Assembly (NCBI GenBank): GCA_017608945.1
Contig: JAFCEY010000003.1
Coordinates: 1 to 37,845, forward strand
DNA from: Candidatus Pacearchaeota archaeon
GTDB taxonomy: Archaea > Nanobdellota > Nanobdellia > Pacearchaeales > GW2011-AR1
Length of the DNA stretch: 37,845 nt
Direction of reading: 5' to 3'
Shown: one piece after another, positions 10,538 to 20,405 of the stretch
How the letters are laid out: every line of letters starts with the position of its first letter
Position numbering within the stretch: position 1 is the first letter of the stretch
Program-made: the position numbers and the translations under genes
Notes under the pieces: model-generated
Told to the model about the DNA's origin: nothing
The model's database searches: none
What the model saw: the letters and a program-made list of their open reading frames with translations, nothing else

Positions 10538-10848
10538 TTTTCTTTTTTCATATTAAAAGAATAAATTTCATCTGAACAATTATATTTTGAGCAGGTATAT
10601 ATAACAGAGGTAAATATTTTTAATGTTTTATTTACACATATGTTATTTTCTAATTCAAATCCCTTGTAACATTTTGGTTTTTCTTTTTCTATACAATCAC
10701 AATTTTCAGAGAGCCATTCTTCTAAAGTTTGTTTGTTATCTTTTATTGTATTGATTGTAATTTTTTTTATATTAGTTACCATAATTAGAGTTAGTGCTAA
10801 TGCAATTAATACTACAATGAGTCTTTTTTCACTTTTGTTTATTTTCAT
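10519..10848 (-). CDS. Small membrane-anchored Cys-rich protein
   Basis: N-terminal hydrophobic helix and six Cys; overlaps both neighbours. Confidence 0.65.
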   Translation of the reverse strand: MKINKSEKRLIVVLIALALTLIMVTNIKKITINTIKDNKQTLEEWLSENCDCIEKEKPKCYKGFELENNICVNKTLKIFTSVIYTCSKYNCSDEIYSFNMKKEKWEKVR

Positions 10849-11264
10849 TTTTTGATAATTTTTGCTTCTAATTTTATTAATGAATTTGTATTATAAACTT
10901 CTCCCCCTATTTTTTCAAATAAACTATATTTTATTGCTCTTGGATAGAGTATATCCATAAATTCTCTTCTATCTAAAGTTTTTTTCACAAAAAGATTATC
11001 ATCAACCTCTTTTATAGTGTCTTTTGCTTTAATTCCAATCATTGAAGCACCATAATATTTTGCATTTTTTATTATCTCTTTAATAAGATTTTTTGTAACA
11101 GGATAAAATCCTTCATGAACTAAAATAATATCATCTTTCTTTAAATTATACTTTTCAGTTAAAGTTTTTATATTTCTGTCTTTAATAAGTATTATTTTGT
11201 CAACTAAAGATTTGAATTTGTTCTTTGCTTTACAATCTACATTAATAAAAGCTAATTTTTTCAT
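10845..11264 (-). CDS. Degenerate IspD/TarI cytidylyltransferase-like protein (C-terminal part only)
   Basis: ILVHEGFYP and GASMIGIKAKDTIKEVDD...KKTLDRR resemble the IspD motifs HDGARP and DTIK...TLDR. No N-terminal AAGxGxR loop. Start placed at ATG 11264, right after the gyrB stop. Confidence 0.6.
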   Translation of the reverse strand: MKKLAFINVDCKAKNKFKSLVDKIILIKDRNIKTLTEKYNLKKDDIILVHEGFYPVTKNLIKEIIKNAKYYGASMIGIKAKDTIKEVDDNLFVKKTLDRREFMDILYPRAIKYSLFEKIGGEVYNTNSLIKLEAKIIKK

Positions 11265-11265
11265 T

Positions 11266-13140
11266 TTATATGTCGAGATTTGCCTCCTTTGCATTTTCTG
11301 AGATAAAAGCTTTTCTTGCAGCAACATCGCTTCCCATCAACATTGTAAATACTCTATCTGCTTCAATTGCATCTTCTATAAACACCTTGTTCATTTTTCT
11401 TGTTGAGGGGTTCATTGTGGTTTGCCACAATTGCTCTGGAGACATTTCTCCCAATCCTTTAAATCTTGTTACAATAGCTGTACCCAGTTTTTCAGTTAAT
11501 TTCTTTAATTCTTCATCAGAGTATACATAATAATCTTTCTTTTTCCTAACTCTGTATAATGGAGGCAAAGCGACATAAACATGCCCATTTTCAATTAATC
11601 CTGGCATGAACCTGAAGAAAAAAGTGAGTAATAAAGTTTTAATATGTTCTCCATCAACATCAGCGTCTGTCATTATGATTATTTTTCTGTATCTTAATTT
11701 TTTAATGTCAAATTGATCTCCAGTTCCTGTTCCTATTGTTGTTATAATATTGATAATTTCTTCACTTGACAGCGCCTTTACTGGGCTTGTCTTTTCAACA
11801 TTTATTATTTTTCCTTGTACAGGAAGTATTGCTTGAAATTCTTTATCTCTTGCTAATTTAGCGCTTCCTCCTGCACTCTCTCCTTCAACAATATAGAGTT
11901 CTGTGCTCTCTTTTCTTTTGTTTGAGCAATCTGCGAGTTTTCCTGGCAAACCTGAAAATGAAAATGCATTTTTTCTTCTTACTATATCCTTTGCTTTTTT
12001 TGCAGCAATTCTTGCTTTGGCAGCTTCAGCCACTTTCATAGCTATTTTTTTTGCTATTGTTGGATTCTCTTCAAAAAATTCTGACAAACAAGAAGTTGTG
12101 ATAGAATCAACAAAACCTTTTACTTCAGAATTCCCAAGTTTAGTTTTTGTTTGTCCTTCAAATTGTGGATTTGGAATTTTAATATTTATAATTGCAGTTA
12201 ATCCTTCTCTTACATCTTCTCCTGTTAAAGATTCCTTTATTATGTTGTTCTTTTTTGCATAATCATTTATAACTCTTGTTAAGGCTGTTTTAAATCCTGA
12301 AACATGAGTCCCTCCTTCAATAGTATTGATAGTATTTACAAAACCAAAGATGTTTTCTCTATAACCAGAATTATATTGTATAACGACTTCAATTACTGTA
12401 TGATCTGCATCTTTTTTAAAATAAATTGGCTTATGTAAAATCTCTTTAGCCTCGTTTATCCATTTGATAAAATCTATTAGTCCCCCGTTATGAATAAAAT
12501 CTTTTTTAATTTTTTTTATTTCATCCTTTAAAGAAATTTTCAGTCCAGGATTTAAAAAGGCAAGTTCAGAAAATCTTGTGTCCAAGATTTTAGAATCAAA
12601 TTTTGTTGTTGAGAATATCTGCTCATCAGGAAAAAAAATCACTTTAGTTCCTGTTTCATTTTTTGGACATTTTCCAATAATTTCAAGTTTTGTTTTTGCT
12701 TTCCCCCTTGAATATTCTTGTTTATAAACATTGCCATCTCTTTTAATCTCAATAACAAACTTTTTAGATAAGGCATTTACTACACTTACACCAACACCAT
12801 GTAGGCCGCCCGAAATTGTATAAGCTTTGTTATCAAATTTCCCTCCTGCATGTAATTTTGTTAAGACAATTTCTACAGTTGGAGCTTTAAATTGCTGGTG
12901 AATATCAACAGGAATTCCTCTTCCATTATCTTCAATTTCCACAGAACCATCTTTATGGAGGATAACTTTTATTTCTTTGCAGTAACCTGCAAGAGCTTCA
13001 TCAATGGAATTATCAACTACTTCATAAATCAAATGATGTAATCCTTCTTTGCCAGTATTTCCAATATACATTGCTGGCCTTTTTCTTACTCCTTCTAAGC
13101 CATCTAAAACTTTTATCTGTTTTCCTGTATATTCTTCCAT
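11266..13140 (-). CDS. gyrB: DNA gyrase subunit B
   Basis: GLEGVRKRPAMYIG, EVVDNSIDE, DNGRGIP, GGLHGVGVS, EGESAGGS, MTDADVDG, RFKGLGEM. Start likely ATG 13140. Confidence 0.97.
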   Translation of the reverse strand: MEEYTGKQIKVLDGLEGVRKRPAMYIGNTGKEGLHHLIYEVVDNSIDEALAGYCKEIKVILHKDGSVEIEDNGRGIPVDIHQQFKAPTVEIVLTKLHAGGKFDNKAYTISGGLHGVGVSVVNALSKKFVIEIKRDGNVYKQEYSRGKAKTKLEIIGKCPKNETGTKVIFFPDEQIFSTTKFDSKILDTRFSELAFLNPGLKISLKDEIKKIKKDFIHNGGLIDFIKWINEAKEILHKPIYFKKDADHTVIEVVIQYNSGYRENIFGFVNTINTIEGGTHVSGFKTALTRVINDYAKKNNIIKESLTGEDVREGLTAIINIKIPNPQFEGQTKTKLGNSEVKGFVDSITTSCLSEFFEENPTIAKKIAMKVAEAAKARIAAKKAKDIVRRKNAFSFSGLPGKLADCSNKRKESTELYIVEGESAGGSAKLARDKEFQAILPVQGKIINVEKTSPVKALSSEEIINIITTIGTGTGDQFDIKKLRYRKIIIMTDADVDGEHIKTLLLTFFFRFMPGLIENGHVYVALPPLYRVRKKKDYYVYSDEELKKLTEKLGTAIVTRFKGLGEMSPEQLWQTTMNPSTRKMNKVFIEDAIEADRVFTMLMGSDVAARKAFISENAKEANLDI

Positions 13141-13299
13141 TTTAGGATAGCCTCTGCTAACTATCAATTATTTTTGATTAGGAATACTCTATTTAGATTC
13201 CTTTATTCTATTATAAAAAAGCTCTTTCCTTTATAAATCTTTCCAGACAAAAAAAGCGATTTATCGACGAGAAAATGGAAAATTAGAAGGATTTTTATT

Positions 13300-13464
13300 T
13301 TATTTTTTCTTTTTAGCCTTTTTAATCCATCTTACTTTCCTTCTTTTCATTAACATGTTTTTTCTGCATTTTCCAGAACATAAATGTTTTACAGTTCCAT
13401 CATTTTTAACTAAGGTAAGTCCTTTATGAATGCTATACTCTTTTCCACAATAAGAACATTTCAT
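13300..13464 (-). CDS. rpl24e: 50S ribosomal protein L24e
   Basis: Manual translation: MKCSYCGKEYSIHKGLTLVKNDGTVKHLCSGKCRKNMLMKRRKVRWIKKAKKKK*. Follows rps28e; below the ORF-track cutoff. Confidence 0.92.
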   Translation of the reverse strand: MKCSYCGKEYSIHKGLTLVKNDGTVKHLCSGKCRKNMLMKRRKVRWIKKAKKKK

Positions 13465-13469
13465 TGTAT

Positions 13470-13745
13470 TTAGGTGTAACTTCCTTTAGTTACATTGGAT
13501 TTTATTTTTCTTGCTTCAATGTCAGTTTCTCTTAACATTAAGATATCTCCAATTCTTACAGGCCCTTTTACATTTCTTCTCATTACTCTACCTTTATCTT
13601 TCCCTGCTTGAATTAAACATTTAACTTGAGTTACCTCTCCTCTAAATCCTGTTCTTCCTACAATTTCCTCTACAAGAGCAGGGACAGGCTCTCCAGTTAT
13701 TTTTTCTTTTCCTCTAGTTTCTTTTGTTCTTTGGCTTTTAATCAT
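13470..13745 (-). CDS. rps28e: 30S ribosomal protein S28e
   Basis: [16 protein letters not shown]...[23 protein letters not shown]. Confidence 0.95.
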   Translation of the reverse strand: MIKSQRTKETRGKEKITGEPVPALVEEIVGRTGFRGEVTQVKCLIQAGKDKGRVMRRNVKGPVRIGDILMLRETDIEARKIKSNVTKGSYT

Positions 13746-13819
13746 TTTAATAATCAAGATTTAATCCAAGTTTATTTGTATCAAAATTAATGTCTTTTAA
13801 GCCCTCTATATTATTCATT

Positions 13820-14125
13820 TTATTTTAAAGCATTAATGTCTTTTTCAGCATCTCCAGTTTCTATAACAGCCACAGAAGATGTTGCTACTGGAATTCCTGC
13901 TGCTATTCCTAATTTTTGCTTACTATCTACTTCATGACAGGGAATTTTCTTTTCTTTGCATAAAATTGGTAAATGAGCAACTATTTCTTTTGGTTCAACA
14001 TCCATGGCATAGACAACAAACTTTGCTGTTCCTCTTTCAATTGCTTTAGTAACTTCGTTTGTTCCTTTTTCAATTTTCCCTGTCTTTCTTGCTTTTTCTA
14101 TTATTTCATATATTTCAGCCGCCAT
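13820..14125 (-). CDS. rpl7ae: 50S ribosomal protein L7Ae
   Basis: [36 protein letters not shown]. Confidence 0.95.
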   Translation of the reverse strand: MAAEIYEIIEKARKTGKIEKGTNEVTKAIERGTAKFVVYAMDVEPKEIVAHLPILCKEKKIPCHEVDSKQKLGIAAGIPVATSSVAVIETGDAEKDINALK

Positions 14126-14375
14126 TTTATTATCTTTTTATCTTTTTGAGCAAAAAATTCTTTTTAATTCTTTTTTTTCGAAGTTTTTGGTTTTAAACAA
14201 TCTTAAAATAAAAATTTGGTTTATAAAGTTTTCTTGCTAATTGAATTGTTGCATTAAAGGTTGGTAGAACCAATTAAAAAATACTCTTAGCTAGCCTCTT
14301 TCTTATGTAAATAATTTCTTATTTATATATTTAACTTTTCTAAAACTCTCTCGTCGACAATCACAAGAGAGCTTG

Positions 14376-15221
14376 CTAATTAAGAATCTTAAAATCCACT
14401 CTGATTCTAAACTCATAAGGAGCTATTTCTCCTGCTTTTTTAACTTTTAATATTTCTATTTTCCTTTTCTTTTTTAGAGCCTCTTGTTTTATTTTTTCAA
14501 TAATTTTTTCAATTTCATTTTCTTTACAAAAATCATAATAATAAATTATTGTCCCTTTTTTAGATAATAAAAAAGCTTGTTTTAAAAAAGAATCTTTAAT
14601 TTTTGGACGAGGCATAACAATATAATCAAATTTTTTTGGAACAGAAATTTTTCTTGAGTTTATTTTTAATTCAAATCCTTTTTTTATTTTTTCAACAATT
14701 TTTTTAATATTTCCTGGAAGCAAAAAAACTTTATCTTTAACTTTATTTAATTGCACATTCAGCTTAGCATATTCATTTGCTTCTCTGTTTATTTCATTAG
14801 AAAAAACCTTGGCTTTGGAGTTTTTTGCAATAACAATACTATAAGGACCAACCCCAGCAAACATAACTAAAACCTTTCCATTATTTATCATAGAAGCTAC
14901 TTCTTTTCTTTCATTGCTTAATCGTGGAGAAAAATAAACCTTATCAACATTAAATCTAAAAACACAGCCATTTTCTTTATATAAAGCCTCTTTGGTTTTT
15001 TCTCCTAAAAGCCATTTTGTTTTTTGTTTTCGAAGCTTGCCTTTAAATTTCTCTACTTTCTCCAAGATAGTTTTTATTGACTTATTGTTAGCAAGGATTT
15101 TTTCAGCAAATCTTTTTTTTTCTGCTGCTTTTGCTTCTTTTGGAAATTTTACAATTACAATATTTCCTAAAACATCGTATGAATGAAGATGAGAATATTT
15201 TTTGTTTGTGTTTTTATTCAT
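14376..15221 (-). CDS. Trm5/Tyw2 (Met-10+) family SAM-dependent tRNA-modifying transferase
   Basis: YDVLGNIVI, YKENGCVF, VYFSPRLSNER, MFAGVGPY, NEIN, VMPRP. Confidence 0.85.
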   Translation of the reverse strand: MNKNTNKKYSHLHSYDVLGNIVIVKFPKEAKAAEKKRFAEKILANNKSIKTILEKVEKFKGKLRKQKTKWLLGEKTKEALYKENGCVFRFNVDKVYFSPRLSNERKEVASMINNGKVLVMFAGVGPYSIVIAKNSKAKVFSNEINREANEYAKLNVQLNKVKDKVFLLPGNIKKIVEKIKKGFELKINSRKISVPKKFDYIVMPRPKIKDSFLKQAFLLSKKGTIIYYYDFCKENEIEKIIEKIKQEALKKKRKIEILKVKKAGEIAPYEFRIRVDFKILN

Positions 15222-15314
15222 AAATCAACAAGCAAAAAAGAGTAATTAAATTTTTTCCTAGATTAAAAATTTTTAGTCTCTTTATTTTATTATAAATTTT
15301 TAATTACTTTCCAA

Positions 15315-16013
15315 TTATCTCCCAAACCTCCACCCTTCTCTTTCTTTCCCTTCAGAAATTTCTGAAACTGCTTTAGTTAAAGCTTCTCCTGCTTTTGCTC
15401 CTGTCTCTATTTTCAATCTTTCCTCTTCTTCTTTCATTTTTCTCCTGCTTTCTGCAATCTGTTTTCCAAATTTTTTTATTAGGGCAAATAAAATTACAAG
15501 AACTAATATAATTATTATACCTAAGATTAATTTCATCCACAATGGTTTATCCCCAAAAAAAAGCGTCATTAAAAAATTTACCTGTTTTTCAAATAATTTT
15601 AAATGAGACATAATTACAACTAAAGTTAAAGATATACCAAGAGGTATTGGTTTAGAAAAAGAAGTATAATATTTAAAAATTCTGTGAAAAATAAAAAAGA
15701 AAATAGACCATAAAGCAATTATTAAAAATAATTTTAAAGACAAGGAATAAGGTTCAGCAAATAAAACAACAAAGACTGTGTTTATCTTTTGAAAAAAAGA
15801 ATCTATACCCTTAATTATCGGCTCTTCTAAGAGTATGCTCTTCCATTCTTCTCCAAGATATTCCCATTTTTCATTTAATTTTAGTGTTTCTTCTTCAATA
15901 TTCTCTGGATTTAATATAGAGGATGATGTAATTTTTTCTTGAGATTTTATTACATTGAAAGTTAAGGATAAAATCAATAAACTTAAAATAAAAATTATAG
16001 ATAATTTTTTCAT
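15315..16013 (-). CDS. Multi-pass membrane protein, paralogous to 16118-16792
   Basis: Signal peptide plus about 3 TM helices; FAEP...IALW...SFSK. Confidence 0.75.
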   Translation of the reverse strand: MKKLSIIFILSLLILSLTFNVIKSQEKITSSSILNPENIEEETLKLNEKWEYLGEEWKSILLEEPIIKGIDSFFQKINTVFVVLFAEPYSLSLKLFLIIALWSIFFFIFHRIFKYYTSFSKPIPLGISLTLVVIMSHLKLFEKQVNFLMTLFFGDKPLWMKLILGIIIILVLVILFALIKKFGKQIAESRRKMKEEEERLKIETGAKAGEALTKAVSEISEGKEREGWRFGR

Positions 16014-16117
16014 ATTAAATTATAGGATATATAATTTAAAAATCTAATGCAGAAATTTCATGTAAACCAATGTCCTGAGAAATTTCTGGCAAGTTATTGG
16101 CCTAGTTCTTCTAAAAA

Positions 16118-16792
16118 TTATTTACCTAATTCTTCTAAACCTTTTCCTGCTTCTCCAAGTCCTTTTATTACCCCTTTTAATTTTGCGCCTCCAGCTTCTG
16201 CTTTTGCAGAAGCCATCATTGCTCTTCTTCTTAATATCCATTTTTTAGCTTTCCATATCCCTAAATTAACAACTACAAATGCAGCTAAAGCAGCTCCTAA
16301 TGCAGTATATACAGCAAGAACTCCTGCAAAAGAAAAAATTCCTGTTAACACAGCGGCTATTTTTATTACAAGTCCAATATTCGCTGCAATAACAGCAATT
16401 AAAAATCCTACACTCCAAGAAACCCATTTTGAAAAACTACTGAAAGTTGCTATTATATCAGAAAAAGTTAAAAATAACAAAAGCCATATAGCAATTGTTA
16501 CTATCCCTGCGCTTATAGCATTAATTCCTGTATAATATAAAGGCTCTCCAAAAATATAACGCAAAACATTTGCAAATGCTTTTGTACCAAGTATTTCAAA
16601 CCAACTTCCAGGCTCTATAGACTCTATTGCTGAACCAGTAATTTTATTTGTTTGAATAGTAATGATTAGAAGTAATGACAGTGCAAAAATAAAAAAAGCA
16701 ATTACAAATAAAGCTAATAATTTTTTATTAAAAAGCTTAGTTTTCTTAACCTTATTAACTTTAGAGTTTTTTATTTTTCCCTTTTTTTTCAT
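16118..16792 (-). CDS. Multi-pass membrane protein with ITGSA motif
   Basis: TM helices; FGEP...IAIW...SFSK. Start moved to ATG 16792 because TTTATAAA lies about 25 nt upstream. Confidence 0.75.
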   Translation of the reverse strand: MKKKGKIKNSKVNKVKKTKLFNKKLLALFVIAFFIFALSLLLIITIQTNKITGSAIESIEPGSWFEILGTKAFANVLRYIFGEPLYYTGINAISAGIVTIAIWLLLFLTFSDIIATFSSFSKWVSWSVGFLIAVIAANIGLVIKIAAVLTGIFSFAGVLAVYTALGAALAAFVVVNLGIWKAKKWILRRRAMMASAKAEAGGAKLKGVIKGLGEAGKGLEELGK

Positions 16793-16872
16793 TATCCAGT
16801 TTAAATCTTTTATATTTATAAACATTTTGTTAATAAAGATAAGTTTATAAAAATGGTTGAATTTACTTATTT

Positions 16873-17496
16873 ATGAGAGATAAAAACCTCCAGCGTTTGG
16901 CTTGGTTTTCTAAGCTTTCCGCAACCAGTTTTATATTATTAATTAATCTTGTAAGCGCATATAATGGATTATATTATAAAAGATATTCTTTCAGCGAGAT
17001 TTTAAGTAATATAGACCCTTCTTTTATCACGTTGGGTTCAATTTTTATAATTTCTTTTGCAATTTTATTTTTCTCTCTTTCTAAGATTTTTAAAACAGAA
17101 GAACAAGGTAAAGCTATTCCAGGAGTGATAGCTTTTGCATTATCTTCCTTAATAACATATCAAATAAATAAAACAGGTTTTGATTTTAGCGGATTTTTTT
17201 CTAATATAGGTATTCCAAGAGAATTTTTTTCTGTTTTGCTTCCTATAATCCTTATTGGAGCAATAATTTTTTTGGTTGTTAAATTTAAAACTACCTCTCT
17301 GTTTATTTTAGGAGCAGGATTAATTTTATTATCTTTTACAAATCTAATTTATGCAAAGGGCATAATCTTTGTTATAGGAATAATTTTAGTGGGAGTTAGT
17401 TTATTGATTTGGAGAAAGAGAAGTAAAAAGGAAGGAAAATCACCTAAAAAAACAAAATTCATAAAAACAAAATTCAGAGATTGGGCAGGAATTTGA
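16873..17496 (+). CDS. Multi-pass membrane protein
   Basis: About 6 hydrophobic helices and a basic C-terminal tail. Confidence 0.75.
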   Translation: MRDKNLQRLAWFSKLSATSFILLINLVSAYNGLYYKRYSFSEILSNIDPSFITLGSIFIISFAILFFSLSKIFKTEEQGKAIPGVIAFALSSLITYQINKTGFDFSGFFSNIGIPREFFSVLLPIILIGAIIFLVVKFKTTSLFILGAGLILLSFTNLIYAKGIIFVIGIILVGVSLLIWRKRSKKEGKSPKKTKFIKTKFRDWAGI

Positions 17497-18537
17497 TTAC
17501 ATCCAATTTTTTAGTCCTTTTTGTTTTGCTTTTTCTTTTGCTTCTTTGAGTTTTTCAAGTTGCTTTTCAACTCTTTCTTTAGAAAAATCATGCTCTTTAA
17601 CAAGAATTTTTTTTATTTTTGTCTCATCTATTTTTCCAAATCTAAAATCAACGTTTTTTACTCCGGCTTTGTGAAATAATTCAAAAATTTCCTTCCAATC
17701 AAACCTTTCCTGTTCAGGCAAACTCATGATTTGATCTTCAACACTTTTGAAAATTAAAACAGGTTGTTTATATTTTTGAACAATTTGTAATGCCTTTTTC
17801 TGCCCAATGCCGGGAACCCCTCGAGGATTGTAATCAGTTCCAACTAAAATTCCTAAACAAATTAATTGGTCTAGATTTATCTCTAGGAAATTTAAGGTTC
17901 TTTCCAATTCAATAATCTCTGGTTTTACTTCTACCCATCCAGAGATGGTTTTTCTTTTTCTGGCAAGTGTTAGATTCCTAATTAATCTTGGAGTTCCAAA
18001 AAGTAGGCTGTCATAATCTTGGCTTACACTTGCATATATTTCTTTTTTTGTTCTACAAAGATAAGCTGCCTCAGCTTCTCCTTCACTGGGAGCTTGAACA
18101 ACAGCAATTCCCATTGCCTCTAAAAGTTCCTTGCTTTCTTGAATCATCTCATCATTTAATCTTATTAACTGACTACTATATCTTTTCATTGCCCCAAAGT
18201 CTTTTTTTCTCTTAGCCTCTTCATATTTTTCTCTTGCTATATCTCTTCCCTCTTCTCTTTTTTCAAAAGTTTTAAATTTAAGTTCTGGAGCAACGCCATC
18301 AAAAACATAAATTAGCTTAATTCCCTCACAAAGAAGATTTACATTTCTATAAAAAATTCCTGATAAATGACTTGTAACTCTTTTTTTGCTATCCATTAAT
18401 GGAGTTCCATCAACCTGTCTTATGGTAGATAAAAACTGATATAATGTATTAAATGCGTCAACACATAAAATTTTTCCATTTAAATCAGAAATTTCAATTT
18501 CTCTGCGTGGAATTATCTCGCTAATATTTAAACCCAT
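17497..18537 (-). CDS. fen: Flap endonuclease 1
   Basis: DAFNTLYQFL, DGTPL, VFDG, APSEGEAEAA, SQDYDSLLFG, GTDYN, C-terminal PIP box QKGLKNW. Confidence 0.97.
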   Translation of the reverse strand: MGLNISEIIPRREIEISDLNGKILCVDAFNTLYQFLSTIRQVDGTPLMDSKKRVTSHLSGIFYRNVNLLCEGIKLIYVFDGVAPELKFKTFEKREEGRDIAREKYEEAKRKKDFGAMKRYSSQLIRLNDEMIQESKELLEAMGIAVVQAPSEGEAEAAYLCRTKKEIYASVSQDYDSLLFGTPRLIRNLTLARKRKTISGWVEVKPEIIELERTLNFLEINLDQLICLGILVGTDYNPRGVPGIGQKKALQIVQKYKQPVLIFKSVEDQIMSLPEQERFDWKEIFELFHKAGVKNVDFRFGKIDETKIKKILVKEHDFSKERVEKQLEKLKEAKEKAKQKGLKNWM

Positions 18538-18567
18538 ATTTTAAATAGGAATAGGAAATATAAATAA

Positions 18568-18930
18568 TTATCTTTTATTATATAATGCTTTGTAAGCAGA
18601 ATTATAGGTGTGTTGAAATGCAAGCCCTATCTGTGCATTAGGACAATCTTCAATTTTTTTACTTATGCCTTTTAAATTAGTATACTCCATAATTTCTTTT
18701 AATAAATATAATTTATCATCTACATCATCAAAAATAGCATCAGGATTTAATCCTAATTTATCTGTTTCTTCAACTAATTTTTGATATTTTTTAATTATAT
18801 CATGAGGATTGTCTCTTTTAATTGTTTTTTCTAAATCAGATAAGTAATTCTCTTTATCAAAATACTTTCTTATTTTGTCACTTACTTCCTTATCTATTTG
18901 ATATGTTCCTATTTCTTCTTCAACGTCCAT
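18568..18930 (-). CDS. Hypothetical protein
   Basis: 120-aa ORF with a TATA-like TTATAAA about 25 nt upstream. Confidence 0.65.
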   Translation of the reverse strand: MDVEEEIGTYQIDKEVSDKIRKYFDKENYLSDLEKTIKRDNPHDIIKKYQKLVEETDKLGLNPDAIFDDVDDKLYLLKEIMEYTNLKGISKKIEDCPNAQIGLAFQHTYNSAYKALYNKR

Positions 18931-19103
18931 AATCTAATTCTTGAATTGTGATTTATAAGTTTTGTGATTTTTAGTGCAACGATGCCGAAGGGAAAACCCT
19001 AAAAAATCATAGATTTTTGGCCAAAAACTGAGAGTTTTTTAGTAAATCAAATTTTTTTGAGAATGCTGTGTGTATTTAGAAATCATATTTTTCGAGTGGG
19101 AAT

Positions 19104-20405
19104 TTACTGTTTAGTCGGATCAACAACTCTGCCCCAAAATAAGATATTGCCTGTTTCTGTTTCTTGAATTATAAATATAAATGGATGGTCAGCTCTGAAA
19201 ACATTCCTGGGCATAGCAGCTGCTTCTTTCATTACTACTGCCGTTGCGGCAGCTGCTTCTGTTCCTTGTTCATCAACCTTAACAAAAGCTTGATGAATTA
19301 CTTGACTAATTTGTAAATTTCTTGTTCCGTCCATACCCGAAAAATCAGCAGCACCAAATGCAGTAGGCATCCCCATTGCACTTAGTGTTTCTTTCATAAA
19401 ATACTTAGTATCAAGTTCAAATTTTGGAAGTGAAATTGAGTCTAATTTTGTTTCTTGCATTTGTGCTTTATATTCATTAAGTTTTTCAGCAGATAATTCT
19501 ATGTCTTCAAGAGTATAGTTCGAAACAACTCTCTCTCCTGTTTCAAAATCATAATCTTCTCCCTGTTTTGGCAATAAAACCAACATTGAAATCTTTTCAC
19601 CTTTATAAGGAAGTTCTAATATCTGCAATTTTTCTAAGTCTGCATAATTAAATCTTGCTTTATCGGGTTCCATATACATCATAGGAGTTTTTACAATATT
19701 ATTAGGTGTTACCTTAAAATCCTGTTCACGAGTATCAGATTTATCAAATTCCCACTCCCAAGTTCCTTTGAAATAAATTGCATTTGTAAGAACCAACCTT
19801 GTCATTGGACTTAAAACTCCTTCTGGAATTAAATCTTTAATCTTATTATTGGTTTGTTCTTCAATAAATGAGTTAATTGTCTGTCTTGATTTTTCTGTTT
19901 CTTGCTTAAAATCAAGATTGGCTACCTTGCCACCATAATATTTTTCTACTCTGTTTGTGTAATTTTCAAGAAATTTATAATCATATTGAGCCCATAAAGC
20001 ATTACCTGTTCTTAATTCATAAGCTTTATTCCCTCTATTGATTTCATTGTAAATTGCAGCAAAATTTGGTCTTAAAATATTGCTTTCAGGAAAGTGAAAA
20101 ACTGATTTCATCTCTTCTGCAGTTTGTCCTTTTGCGCCTTCATAAGTCATTGCTAAAGCAGCAGAGATACTATAAGGTGAATAAAAAATATTTCCTTGTT
20201 CTGATTTATCTAATTCTGAATAAAGCTCAAAAGCAAATTGATTATTTGCATTTACCACTTCTTGAATTCCACTTTGTGTTGAGCCAGTATCATCTGCTTT
20301 TGGCGGTTGATTAGGTTGATAAGGGTAAAGAAACAATACTGCGGAAGCTGTTACAATAGCAACCATTAGTAGTGCTATTCCAAATGTTAAAAAATTTTTA
20401 TTCAT
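19104..20405 (-). CDS. Serpin (serine protease inhibitor) with N-terminal membrane anchor/signal
   Basis: NNQFAFELY, NIFYSPYSI, LVLTNAIYFKGTW, hinge EQGTEAAAAT, FRADHPFIFII. Confidence 0.95.
   Translation of the reverse strand: MNKNFLTFGIALLMVAIVTASAVLFLYPYQPNQPPKADDTGSTQSGIQEVVNANNQFAFELYSELDKSEQGNIFYSPYSISAALAMTYEGAKGQTAEEMKSVFHFPESNILRPNFAAIYNEINRGNKAYELRTGNALWAQYDYKFLENYTNRVEKYYGGKVANLDFKQETEKSRQTINSFIEEQTNNKIKDLIPEGVLSPMTRLVLTNAIYFKGTWEWEFDKSDTREQDFKVTPNNIVKTPMMYMEPDKARFNYADLEKLQILELPYKGEKISMLVLLPKQGEDYDFETGERVVSNYTLEDIELSAEKLNEYKAQMQETKLDSISLPKFELDTKYFMKETLSAMGMPTAFGAADFSGMDGTRNLQISQVIHQAFVKVDEQGTEAAAATAVVMKEAAAMPRNVFRADHPFIFIIQETETGNILFWGRVVDPTKQ

Noticed and set aside
14126..14228. 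Autoregulatory kink-turn in the rpl7ae leader
   Set aside because: A leader of about 70 nt is plausible, but no stem-flanked tandem GA/AG motif could be built.
13258..14362. Inverted TCGACGAGA matches flanking the ribosomal protein operon
   Set aside because: Only about 9 bp match, and there is no transposase or target duplication; chance cannot be excluded.
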